Positions 49,997 through 59,538 of a stretch of 64,000 nucleotides of DNA are shown piece by piece; position 1 is the stretch's first letter, and every line of letters starts with the position of its first letter. The stretch is from Nostoc sp. TH1S01 (GTDB taxonomy: Bacteria > Cyanobacteriota > Cyanobacteriia > Cyanobacteriales > Nostocaceae). The stretch is taken from contig JAGKSW010000002.1 of NCBI GenBank assembly GCA_018993265.1, forward strand, positions 20,609 through 84,608, read 5' to 3'. The notes below the pieces were generated by a model. The model worked only from the letters and a program-made list of their open reading frames with translations. It was not told the origin of the DNA and searched no databases. Made by a program: the position numbers and the translations under genes.

Positions 49997-52465
49997 ATGA
50001 CGACATTCCTCACAGACTCCACTGATATTAACCGGATTCACTTCTCATCAAGACTAAATTTAAAGCAGCGCAGTGAATTGGGACAGTTTTTTACTCCCGC
50101 TTTAGTTGCGCGGTTGATGGCGAGACAATTCAACAATATATCTGGTCATATTAGCCTTTTAGATCCGGGGGCTGGAGTTGGTGCGTTAACTGCTGCCTTT
50201 GTCGAACAACTATTAGCAAATCCTCGCAATGTCAAAAGTTGTTTGCTCACAGCTTATGAAATTGAATCAGCTTTTATACCATCGTTGAGGCAATGCCTGA
50301 CCGAGTGTTGTGTCGCTTTAGAAAAGATAGGGATTACAGCAAATTATTGCTTACATCAAAAGAGTTTTATTAACGATATTAGTAAAGCTAGTTTACCACT
50401 TTCCCATCAGTCATCTTATGGTTTTACCCATGCAATTCTCAACCCACCTTATAAAAAAATTAATAACCAATCAGTAGAAAGAAGAATACTGACACAACTA
50501 GGTATTGAAACTGTAAATTTATATAGTGCATTTGTTTGGCTAACTGTTTTAAATCTGTCTGCCAACGCAGAAATAGTTGCTATTACGCCTAGAAGTTTTT
50601 GTAATGGTCTTTATTTTAAACCTTTTCGACAAGCTTTTTTACAAACTATGGCACTATCAAAGATTCATATCTTTGAGAGCCGTTCAGCCACTTTCACCGA
50701 AGATAATGTATTACAAGAAAATATTATTTTTCATGCAATTAAAACTAAAGTTAGACCTGATTATGTAGAAATTACCAAAAATATTGAAAGCAAGTTAGAT
50801 GAATTTTCAGAATTAAGATATGTTCCTTATAGCCAAGTTGTTGATGCTCATGATTCTGAAAGTTTTATTCATATTGTGACAAACTCTCTTGAAGATTCTT
50901 TGAGAGCGCAAATTAATCAATTTTCATATACTTTAGATGACCTTGGCTTAGAAGTTTCAACGGGGCCAGTTGTAGATTTTCGTCTCAAATCAGCGTTGAG
51001 AACTTGCTGGGATGATAAAAGTGTGCCATTGATTTATCCAGAAGCGATCAAGGCAGGGAAAGTATTTTTTCCTCCTAGTAATCCTCGTAAAGCGATCGCT
51101 ATTACACAAAACTCAGAAACAGCAAAATGGTTAGTCCCTTCAGGTTGGTATGTTTTCACAAAGCGGTTTTCTGCTAAGGAAGAAAAGCGTCGTGTTGTGG
51201 CTGCTGTGTGTTCTCCTGGCGATTACCCCGTAATTGGTATAGAAAACCACTTAAATTATTACCATGCTCAAGGCCAGGGAATGAACCCCGATTTAGCACG
51301 AGGTTTAACAGCATTTCTCAATTCAACTTTATTAGATAGTTACTTCCGCCAATTTAGTGGACACACACAAGTCAACGCCACAGACTTGCGTAAACTTAAA
51401 TACCCTAGCAAAAATGATTTAATTCGATTAGGAAGCCAAATTGGTGATTCTCACTTGGATCAGGAGCAACTTGATCAAGCTGTACATCAAATTTTGTCGA
51501 TTATGAGCGAAGCCATAAATGCAATTCAGGCGAGTAAACGAATTGAGGAGGCGTTGGTAATACTCAAAGCTATTTCTGCTCCTAAAGCTCAACAGAACGA
51601 ACGATCTGCATTGTGTTTACTGGCTTTAGCAGACATTCGCCCGGAAACACCTTGGTATCAAGCAACAGCACCAAGACGCAGAATCACAGAAATGATGGAT
51701 TGGTTTCGTGATCACTACGGTAAACAATATGCACCGAATACACGCGAAACAGTGCGACGACAGACAATGCACCAGTTTGTGCAGATGGGGATGGTTGTGG
51801 AGAATCCAGATCAACCGGAGCGACCAATTAACAGCCCAAAATGGTGTTATCAACTTCATCAACAAGCATTGTCGCTGATTAAATCCTATGGTTCTGCACA
51901 ATGGGAAGAAGCTCGTCACAATTATGCGATTTCAGTAACAAATTTATTGCAGGACAGAAAGCGAAATCGACCAATAATTCCTGTAACGCTACCTAATGGT
52001 CAAGCTATTCAGCTTTCGTCAGGTGGACAGAACTTATTAATCAAGGACATTTTAGAAAGTTTCTGTCCTAAATTTACACCAGGAGGTTTTGTGATTTATG
52101 TAGGTGATGCTGGAGATAAGTTTATTATCAATGAAACTCAAAAATTCCGAGAACTGGGAATTGAGATAGACACTCACGGTAAAATGCCAGATGTTGTGGT
52201 TTACCATGAACAACAAGACTGGCTGATATTAATAGAAGCTGTGACCAGTCATGGCCCAGTCAACTTGAAACGTCGCAATGAATTAAAGCAACTGTTTCAG
52301 TCTAGCCGTAAAGGATTAGTGTTTGTAACTGCCTTTCCCAGTCGTCAGGAAATGACTCGGTATCTAGCTGAGATTTCTTGGGAAACAGAAGTGTGGGTAG
52401 CAGATCAACCTGATCACATGATTCATTTTAATGGGGAAAGATTTCTTGGCCCCTATGACAGCTAA
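49997..52465 (+). CDS. Fused N6-adenine methyltransferase (Eco57I/PstI-like) plus BsuBI/PstI-family restriction endonuclease
   Basis: QFFTP, motif I LLDPGAGVG, motif IV NPPY; C-terminal YAPNTRETVRRQT and GKMPDVVVY...LIEAVTSHGP. Confidence 0.88.
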   Translation: MTTFLTDSTDINRIHFSSRLNLKQRSELGQFFTPALVARLMARQFNNISGHISLLDPGAGVGALTAAFVEQLLANPRNVKSCLLTAYEIESAFIPSLRQCLTECCVALEKIGITANYCLHQKSFINDISKASLPLSHQSSYGFTHAILNPPYKKINNQSVERRILTQLGIETVNLYSAFVWLTVLNLSANAEIVAITPRSFCNGLYFKPFRQAFLQTMALSKIHIFESRSATFTEDNVLQENIIFHAIKTKVRPDYVEITKNIESKLDEFSELRYVPYSQVVDAHDSESFIHIVTNSLEDSLRAQINQFSYTLDDLGLEVSTGPVVDFRLKSALRTCWDDKSVPLIYPEAIKAGKVFFPPSNPRKAIAITQNSETAKWLVPSGWYVFTKRFSAKEEKRRVVAAVCSPGDYPVIGIENHLNYYHAQGQGMNPDLARGLTAFLNSTLLDSYFRQFSGHTQVNATDLRKLKYPSKNDLIRLGSQIGDSHLDQEQLDQAVHQILSIMSEAINAIQASKRIEEALVILKAISAPKAQQNERSALCLLALADIRPETPWYQATAPRRRITEMMDWFRDHYGKQYAPNTRETVRRQTMHQFVQMGMVVENPDQPERPINSPKWCYQLHQQALSLIKSYGSAQWEEARHNYAISVTNLLQDRKRNRPIIPVTLPNGQAIQLSSGGQNLLIKDILESFCPKFTPGGFVIYVGDAGDKFIINETQKFRELGIEIDTHGKMPDVVVYHEQQDWLILIEAVTSHGPVNLKRRNELKQLFQSSRKGLVFVTAFPSRQEMTRYLAEISWETEVWVADQPDHMIHFNGERFLGPYDS

Positions 52466-52470
52466 AATGT

Positions 52471-52803
52471 TCAACTGGCTATGTCAATATCGTTACTGCT
52501 ATCGTTTTCATGTAGTCCAAGCTTTTCGTATAATTCACTCACTGATTGAGGTTCTATAGTTTGTGCCTTTGCGCGTTGTAAAGCCATGAATAAACGAGTA
52601 GAATTTGCTGGGTAGCGAAGTAAGTAAAGTGTTTCTAACAAGCTTTCTAATTCAGCTTCAGCAATTAAAACAACATTATTACCATCAGAACGTCTAATTT
52701 TTATTACTTCGCTAGTTTCAATAATTTGATCACAAATATTTTCTAAATTTTGAGCAGCTTCTTCTATGGAAATATCGATTGACATAATATTTATTGACTC
52801 CAC
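52471..52803 (-). CDS. Phd/YefM family antitoxin
   Basis: IRRSDGNNVVLIAEAELESLLETLYLLRYPANSTRL. Confidence 0.85.
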   Translation of the reverse strand: MESINIMSIDISIEEAAQNLENICDQIIETSEVIKIRRSDGNNVVLIAEAELESLLETLYLLRYPANSTRLFMALQRAKAQTIEPQSVSELYEKLGLHENDSSNDIDIAS

Positions 52804-52829
52804 GCTAATTTTTAGCTTTTTAAATATCG

Positions 52830-53117
52830 TTATTCGTAGTGATATCGTGCTTTAAGAAAATCTATTTTTTCATTACTGACTAAATATACAATCCTATGTT
52901 CTGAATTGATTCGACGCGACCAACATCCAGAATATTCATATTTTAACGGTTCAGGCTTGCCAATGCCCTCAAAGGGATCTCGCAAAATTTCCTTAACTAT
53001 TTTCAGTATCCGCAGTGCTATTTTTCGGTCTTTATCAACCCAATATTCCAAGTCTTCTAAAAATTCTGGCTGAAATACAGCTTCACGATCGCCTTGAATC
53101 TCACCCTCAACACCCAT
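52830..53117 (-). CDS. Txe/YoeB family toxin
   Basis: RDPFEGIGKPEPLK...WSRRINSEHRIVY...ARYHY. Confidence 0.92.
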   Translation of the reverse strand: MGVEGEIQGDREAVFQPEFLEDLEYWVDKDRKIALRILKIVKEILRDPFEGIGKPEPLKYEYSGCWSRRINSEHRIVYLVSNEKIDFLKARYHYE

Positions 53118-53274
53118 ACAGCCCGACTTTAATGGAAATACTTTAATATAGCATCAGGATAGGGCTGGATTTTGGCTATCTCTAAAGACGATATGATACT
53201 GAATTTATGTATGTATTTTGCTACGATCGCTGTTTAATTGACCTAACTGTGATAGTGGTAACTTTATAATAAAT

Positions 53275-53649
53275 ATGTTAGTAAAACGCAAAAGCCGTAG
53301 TATTGCTGCTATTCTCGCTTTTTCTGGTACCCTCACCGTCTCAGGATTACACAAGTTCTATTTAGGTCAGCCGTTGTGGGGGATTTTATATGTGCTGCTT
53401 TCTTGGACACCGATTCCCAAGGTGGCTAGTGCAATTGAAGGTGTATGGTATTTAGCCTTAGATGAGGAAGCTTTTGACCGGAATTTTAATCAGGGTAAGT
53501 CAGCTGTCAAGTTTTCTCAATCAGCCAGTAATCAGGTAGAAACGGTGGCGAATGCTTTGCGCGAACTCGATGCGCTGCGTCAAGATGGTCTGATTTCAGA
53601 ATATGAATTTGAGCAAAAACGCCGCCAGCTACTCGACCAAATTTCTTGA
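53275..53649 (+). CDS. NINE/TM2-domain protein with a C-terminal SHOCT-like motif
   Basis: GLHKFYLGQ...; LRQDGLISEYEFEQKRRQLL. Confidence 0.85.
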   Translation: MLVKRKSRSIAAILAFSGTLTVSGLHKFYLGQPLWGILYVLLSWTPIPKVASAIEGVWYLALDEEAFDRNFNQGKSAVKFSQSASNQVETVANALRELDALRQDGLISEYEFEQKRRQLLDQIS

Positions 53650-53805
53650 TAAAAAAGAATTGAGAATTCAGGAGTCAGAATTCAGAATAATTTGGGCGCT
53701 TTTACAAGAAAATAGAAATAACAAGCGTCTGAAACTTGTAAAACCTTTGTGTAGCCATTCTGATTACTGATTTCTGGCTTCTGGATACTGTTTACGTAAG
53801 TAAAG

Positions 53806-54342
53806 ATGATGCACAACTGGCTACCTCTAAACTTTAAGTTACAAAAACTCCGCGCCAAATTGCTGAATGATCCTTACTATCGGTTGCAATCTGGTGAAGA
53901 AATTCAAATAGCGGCACAATTGGGTATTCGGATTGATGTGAATCAAGCAACGGTGGATGATTGGTTGCGCTTACCGGGTTTGTCGATTCACCAAGCGCGA
54001 TCGCTCGTCGAACTTTCTCGTTCTGGGGTAAAGTTTCACTGTATTGAAGATGTTGCGGCGGCTTTGAGTTTACCTGTACAGCGTCTCAAGCCATTAGAGC
54101 CATTGCTGCATTTTGTTTACTACGACAATGAGTCTCTGGTACATACAAATCATTTAGTTAATCCCAACACCGCTACAGTCGAGATGTTGGCGCAAACGCC
54201 ATTTATCGATTTACCACTTGCTCAAGCAGTGGTAGAAAATCGTTTAGCCAATGGACTATACCGTAATATTGCTGATTTTCAACAAAGATTGCAATTACCT
54301 GCGGAAGCGATCACGCAATTAATGTATTTTCTACGCTTTTAA
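53806..54342 (+). CDS. ComEA-like helix-hairpin-helix DNA-binding protein
   Basis: IDVNQATVDDWLRLPGL and VNPNTATVEML HhH repeats. Confidence 0.85.
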   Translation: MMHNWLPLNFKLQKLRAKLLNDPYYRLQSGEEIQIAAQLGIRIDVNQATVDDWLRLPGLSIHQARSLVELSRSGVKFHCIEDVAAALSLPVQRLKPLEPLLHFVYYDNESLVHTNHLVNPNTATVEMLAQTPFIDLPLAQAVVENRLANGLYRNIADFQQRLQLPAEAITQLMYFLRF

Positions 54343-55166
54343 TTGATTTTTTGGGAATATTTGTTTATATCAGCTTTATTCAAGCTGGTGCAAATCCTAT
54401 TTGAGTAACAGTGCATTTCAAATTAATGAAGTGATAATTTAGACTTAACAGCCTAAAATCAAAATTGTTTTACGTAGAATTCCTGATTTTTAAATTTTGC
54501 CGTATATTAATATCTAATGATGAATATAAGCTCTTTCTATCTTTCTGACAGTTAGTGATAGATACCCGTGAATCTATAGATTCCATAATTAATTGTCAAT
54601 AAATGATGATATTTGTCTGGCAAGATTCATAAAAACTTATTTTTCAAATTATTTTATATATATATCACCTCAGTAACAAATTATTAAGAAATTCTTATTA
54701 AAAAATATTGCCGCTACTTGATTTTGTTGTTAACGTGTGTATATCAACGCTGCTAATCAATGCTCTAAATCTAAAAGAGGTAACAAGTGTGAGCCATATC
54801 TATTCAGCCAATTGCTTGCAGTATTGATTAAGTCCCGATGAAGCAAGTTTCACCAGCCTTGCATGAAAGAGGGGCTAGAGATGAGGGAATGGTATTTTGA
54901 TGTAGTAGTTTCCAGATGGTTCTGACAGAAAAAGTTTGATATTTGTCTGACTCCCAATTCCTTAGTGTCTACTCTCCACTCACAAGTTAGAGAATTTCTG
55001 CAATACAGATTAAAACCCAAATATCCATTGCGAAAAGCAGAGTTTTCCTCAGAATTCACAATGGATAGATGGATTTGTCTTACCTGCGGAAAATGAGTAA
55101 CCGTAATTGCATCTATCTGCAAGTCAAAACTTGGGATAAGACTTAAATTCTGGAGAAGAAAAACCG

Positions 55167-56048
55167 ATGAAGATTCAAGGTAATGTTGCTCTAATTACAG
55201 GGGCTTCTCGCGGTATTGGCAAAGCGATCGCCCTTGCTCTAGCACAGCAAGGGATGAAACGGCTAATTTTAGTAGCGCGCGATCGCCAAAAGTTAACTGA
55301 AGTTGCTCAAGAAATTGCAGCGATGGGAACAGAAGCCGTCATCATCCCGCTAGATTTAACTCGCGCCACAGAAGTAAATATTGCTGTAGCTCAATTATGG
55401 CGCAATTATGGCCCGATTCATCTACTGGTGAACTGTGCAGGAGTCGCATATCAAACGTCATTCTTGCGTTCCAAACTTCCCCAACTCCAAGAAGAACTCT
55501 CGGTGAATTTGTTGGGAATGTACACCCTCACTAGTTTGATCGGGCGACGTATGGCCAGCCAAAGACAAGGGATAATTGTCAACGTCTCTAGTTTAATGGG
55601 GAAAGTCGCTGCACCGACGATGGCAACATATTCAGCCACAAAGTTTGCCATCTTAGGATTTACCCAAGCGTTGCGTCAAGAATTAGCAGAATACAACATT
55701 CAAGTCAAAGCCTTATTACCTTCTCTCACCGACACAGATATGGTGCGTGACTTGCAACTATTCCGTTGGGTGATTCCTATGACACCCCAACAAGTAGCGC
55801 AAGCATTGATAGTCGGATTGCACAATGATGCACCAGAAATTTTAGTAGGATGGCAAAGTCACTTAGCTGTGTGGTGTCAACGCCTTGCGCCTTGGTTGCT
55901 AGAGTTAATTTTGAAAATCGCTGCGCCACCAGCACCAAGAAAGCAGGAAATTGTTGAAAAACCAAGTTTATTGAGCCGTATCAATCGTTTTTGCGATGTT
56001 GTGTTAAATAGAAACGTGACTCCATTAGTATCTGCACGTAAGTCTTAA
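55167..56048 (+). CDS. Short-chain dehydrogenase/reductase
   Basis: TGASRGIG, NCAG and YSATK. Confidence 0.93.
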   Translation: MKIQGNVALITGASRGIGKAIALALAQQGMKRLILVARDRQKLTEVAQEIAAMGTEAVIIPLDLTRATEVNIAVAQLWRNYGPIHLLVNCAGVAYQTSFLRSKLPQLQEELSVNLLGMYTLTSLIGRRMASQRQGIIVNVSSLMGKVAAPTMATYSATKFAILGFTQALRQELAEYNIQVKALLPSLTDTDMVRDLQLFRWVIPMTPQQVAQALIVGLHNDAPEILVGWQSHLAVWCQRLAPWLLELILKIAAPPAPRKQEIVEKPSLLSRINRFCDVVLNRNVTPLVSARKS

Positions 56049-56093
56049 AAGATTCTGGGACGCGATCGCCTACTGCAACAATAAAGATACAGT

Positions 56094-57620
56094 ATGAGGG
56101 ATGAAAAGTTTTATTCCTCATACTTTATGCTGTCTGTTCCTACAACTGTACCGCCAGAAATCATTGACGGCTTACCGAATATTTCTGGTTGGGAAAAAGA
56201 GGTTATGTCTGTTGTGAACCACAACGAACCTGTTTTTTTACCCTCAACTAATCTCAGGTTAGAGGATATTAATGCAGTATTTGCGATCGCCTTACACATG
56301 CACCAGCCAACTATCCCCGCAGGATACAACGGCGGACTGATCAGCAATCTGCAATATATGTTTGAACATCCCCATGAAGGCGACAACCATAACGCCGGGC
56401 CTTTTGCTTATTGCTATAGCCGGATGGGTGATTTCATTCCTGAACTTGTCAGTCAAGGTTGCAATCCCCGCGTCATGTTAGATTACTCTGGCAATTTGTT
56501 GTGGGGATTGCGTCAACTGGGACGCAATGACATCCTCGACAACCTCAAAAAAATTACTTGCGATTCCAAATATCAACCTTATGTCGAATGGTTAGGAACA
56601 ATGTGGAGTCATGCTGTTGTTCCTTCCACACCAATACCCGATATTAAATTACATATTCTGGCGTGGCAACAACATTTTGCTGCTATTTTTGGCTGGGAAG
56701 CATTGGCAAGAGTCAAAGGATTTTCACCGCCAGAAATGCACCTACCAAATCACCCTGATACTTTATTTGAATTTGTAAAATCTCTCAAAGAATGCGGTTA
56801 TCGTTGGTTATTAGTTCAAGAACATTCTGTAGAAACAATCAACGGTGAACCTCTGAGATATAAACACTTACCACACCGTTTAATAGCGCGTAATTCTCAA
56901 GGCGAAACAATTAGTATTACAGCCTTAATTAAAACTCAAGGTTCTGATACAAAATTAGTTGCTCAAATGCAGCCATACTACGAAGCTAAAACCCTTTCCA
57001 AACAACAAATAGGTAATGTGTTAGTACCACCACTAGTCAGCCAAATTGGTGATGGTGAAAATGGCGGCGTGATGATGAATGAATTTCCCAGTGCTTTCAA
57101 ACAAGCTTGGTGGGATATGCTTAATAATGGCGGTGGTAAATCTGGTGTTGTCGGGATGTGTGGTACAGAATATTTAGAGTTAATCGAAGCCGCAGGTTGC
57201 AATCCCCAAGATTATCCTGCTTGTCAGCCAATCGGACAGCATTTAATTTGGCAACGAGTTGCACCAGATAATTGTCAACCCGAAGCTGTCGAAAATGCCA
57301 TTCAAGAATTAAAGCAAAGCAATCCGAACTTTCATGTAGATGGTGCTTCCTGGACAAATCATATTAGTTGGGTTAAAGGATATGAAAATGTATTGTCTCC
57401 TATGAATAAACTCAGCAGTTTATTTCATGAAAAGATAGATAAATTGCTGATCAATGATGCACCTGAAGCAATTACTAAAAAATCTCAATACCGTCAAACA
57501 TTAATTTATAACTTATTGCTGCAAACTAGCTGTTTTCGCTATTGGGGACAAGGCACTTGGACAGATTATGCTAAAGCAATTTATCAACGGGGAGAAGCTT
57601 TACTGCACGCAAATTTTTAA
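56094..57620 (+). CDS. Glycoside hydrolase family 57-like protein
   Basis: LHMHQP, GFSPPEM, GDGENGG and TSCFRYWG. Confidence 0.75.
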   Translation: MRDEKFYSSYFMLSVPTTVPPEIIDGLPNISGWEKEVMSVVNHNEPVFLPSTNLRLEDINAVFAIALHMHQPTIPAGYNGGLISNLQYMFEHPHEGDNHNAGPFAYCYSRMGDFIPELVSQGCNPRVMLDYSGNLLWGLRQLGRNDILDNLKKITCDSKYQPYVEWLGTMWSHAVVPSTPIPDIKLHILAWQQHFAAIFGWEALARVKGFSPPEMHLPNHPDTLFEFVKSLKECGYRWLLVQEHSVETINGEPLRYKHLPHRLIARNSQGETISITALIKTQGSDTKLVAQMQPYYEAKTLSKQQIGNVLVPPLVSQIGDGENGGVMMNEFPSAFKQAWWDMLNNGGGKSGVVGMCGTEYLELIEAAGCNPQDYPACQPIGQHLIWQRVAPDNCQPEAVENAIQELKQSNPNFHVDGASWTNHISWVKGYENVLSPMNKLSSLFHEKIDKLLINDAPEAITKKSQYRQTLIYNLLLQTSCFRYWGQGTWTDYAKAIYQRGEALLHANF

Positions 57621-57626
57621 ACTATG

Positions 57627-57780
57627 GGACTTACGCACAAGTGCTGCAATATCGTAGACGCGCTAGCGGCTTCCCGCAGGGTACCGCAGAGGCGCAGAGG
57701 ACACAGAGGAATATTGAGTAAGTTACGGCACAGACAAAATTCTTGATTTTATGTTAGTCCGCGTTCAGCTTTGCTGTTGC
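57627..57780. repeat. Composite miniature repeat (GGACTTACGCA end with an inserted TAGACGCGCTAGCGGCTTCCCGCAGGGTA unit)
   Basis: Shares units with 63648-63819 and 41218-41344; the right boundary is uncertain. Confidence 0.55.
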
Positions 57781-57921
57781 CGCAGGCTAGGCGGACTGAG
57801 TTTTTATAGCCGCGAATTCCATTCGTCGGGGCTTGTAAATTTAATTAAATGTTATTCAAATGATTACTTAAAGTGAATTAAAATTATTGCAAATAATTTA
57901 ATTTGAATTTAGATAAAAATA

Positions 57922-59319
57922 TTGATTCAGAAAATGTTGTGGCACAAATGGCTACTATTGTTAGGAAGTGCGGCATTAGTATTGCCATTAACGTTTAGTT
58001 TAGCTCATCCAAGGATAGGGATAAATCAGGCGATCGCCCAAAATTCTATCCTTGTACAACGCCAACATCGCACAGCACTAATTATTGGTAATTCCAATTA
58101 CAAATCAGCAGATACATTAGTTAATCCTGTCAACGATGCGACGGATATTGCGAGTTCCCTACGCCAATTGGGATTTGATGTCACTCTCCTCAAAGATGCA
58201 GATTTAAGACAGATGGAAGAAGCCATTGAAAAGTTTAATCGCCAACTGCGCCAAGGAGGAGTAGGATTATTTTACTTTGCTGGACATGGAGTGCAAGTAG
58301 ACGGAGAAAATTATTTAATACCCGTCAATGCGCGACTAGAACGAGAACAAGATGTACGTTATGAAGCGATGGCGATGGGTAAAGTTCTCAACGTGATGGA
58401 AGATGCAAATAACGATGTTAATTTTATTATTTTAGATGCCTGCCGGAATAATCCCTTTGCGCGTCAATGGCGATCGCTTCAACGGGGTTTAGCAGCACCG
58501 ACACAAGCTGTTAAAGGTACACTCATTGCTTATTCTACTGCACCAGGAACAGTTGCTTTTGATGGCGATGGACGTAATAGCCCTTATACTACAGCTTTGT
58601 TACGCAATATGAAGGCTCCAAATTTAGATGTGGAGCAAATGTTTAAACAAGTCCGGGCTGATGTTCTCAATACAACTAATGGCAAACAAACACCTTGGGA
58701 ATCTTCATCATTAGTCGGTTCTTTTGCTTTCAATTCGACTAATGATAGTAACAGAAATAATATGACATCTTCTGTTACAACACCTCAATCACCGCGCAAT
58801 CAAGAACTCATTACCACTCCACCACCTCAAATTACATCCCCTACTACTCAGCCATTGACTTCAACCAGAACAACATATTTTGCTCAACAGCCGAGTTTAG
58901 TGGAAGTCACAACAAATGACAATCAAGCTAAAGCTTTAGGCGCAACTTATTACTTTACAATTAATTTACCAGAGGACGCTGGAACTGCCCTACAACAAAT
59001 TACAATTAACCAGCGTGAAGGTGCAGAATATATCCGCTTTCATCTCAAAGAAAGTGTCGTCTTTAAAGGAGGGCGTTCTCAGAAAGGAGAAAAACTGCAA
59101 TTAAAAGATATTAGCAGCGATCGCAAAACTCAAACAGTATCTTTTACTTTTGATCCGCCAGTTTCACCAGGGACAAAAATTACCATCGGTTTAAAAGTCC
59201 AACAAAATCCCCAAAGAGGTGGTGTTTATCTCTTTGGTGTTACCGCATTACCAATTGGAGAAAAGCCTCATGGTCAATTTTTGGGTTTTGGCAGATTACA
59301 GTTTTATCAGCACATTTAA
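57922..59319 (+). CDS. Exported caspase-family (C14) protease with a C-terminal DUF2808-like domain
   Basis: Signal-like N-terminus; FYFAGHG and ILDACR dyad; GATYYFTI...GVYLFGVTA...GQFLGFGRLQFY. Confidence 0.85.
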   Translation: MIQKMLWHKWLLLLGSAALVLPLTFSLAHPRIGINQAIAQNSILVQRQHRTALIIGNSNYKSADTLVNPVNDATDIASSLRQLGFDVTLLKDADLRQMEEAIEKFNRQLRQGGVGLFYFAGHGVQVDGENYLIPVNARLEREQDVRYEAMAMGKVLNVMEDANNDVNFIILDACRNNPFARQWRSLQRGLAAPTQAVKGTLIAYSTAPGTVAFDGDGRNSPYTTALLRNMKAPNLDVEQMFKQVRADVLNTTNGKQTPWESSSLVGSFAFNSTNDSNRNNMTSSVTTPQSPRNQELITTPPPQITSPTTQPLTSTRTTYFAQQPSLVEVTTNDNQAKALGATYYFTINLPEDAGTALQQITINQREGAEYIRFHLKESVVFKGGRSQKGEKLQLKDISSDRKTQTVSFTFDPPVSPGTKITIGLKVQQNPQRGGVYLFGVTALPIGEKPHGQFLGFGRLQFYQHI

Positions 59320-59377
59320 TGTAAGAATTCAGTAGTTAGAATGCTGGAAAAATTTATCAAGTAAAAATAAAATTTTC

Positions 59378-59492
59378 GTAGGGTGTGTTAGGCGCATATT
59401 TTGAGCTAATTCATCACAAAAATTATATACTGTCGCCTAACGCACCATCATAATCTGGCGGTGCATTAGGCTGAAGCCATAACACACCCTAC
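59378..59492. repeat. GTAG-footed REPIN-like inverted repeat
   Basis: GTAGGGTGTGTTAG...ATAACACACCCTAC, with internal TAACGCACC/GGTGCATTA units. Confidence 0.75.
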
Positions 59493-59538
59493 TTCAGATT
59501 TACTGAAGATTTACTTTATCAATATTCTTTTAATACAA

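Noticed and set aside
54850-55122. 90-aa minus-strand ORF in the gap upstream of the SDR gene
   Set aside because: It has no recognisable motif or RBS, so there is not enough support for a gene.
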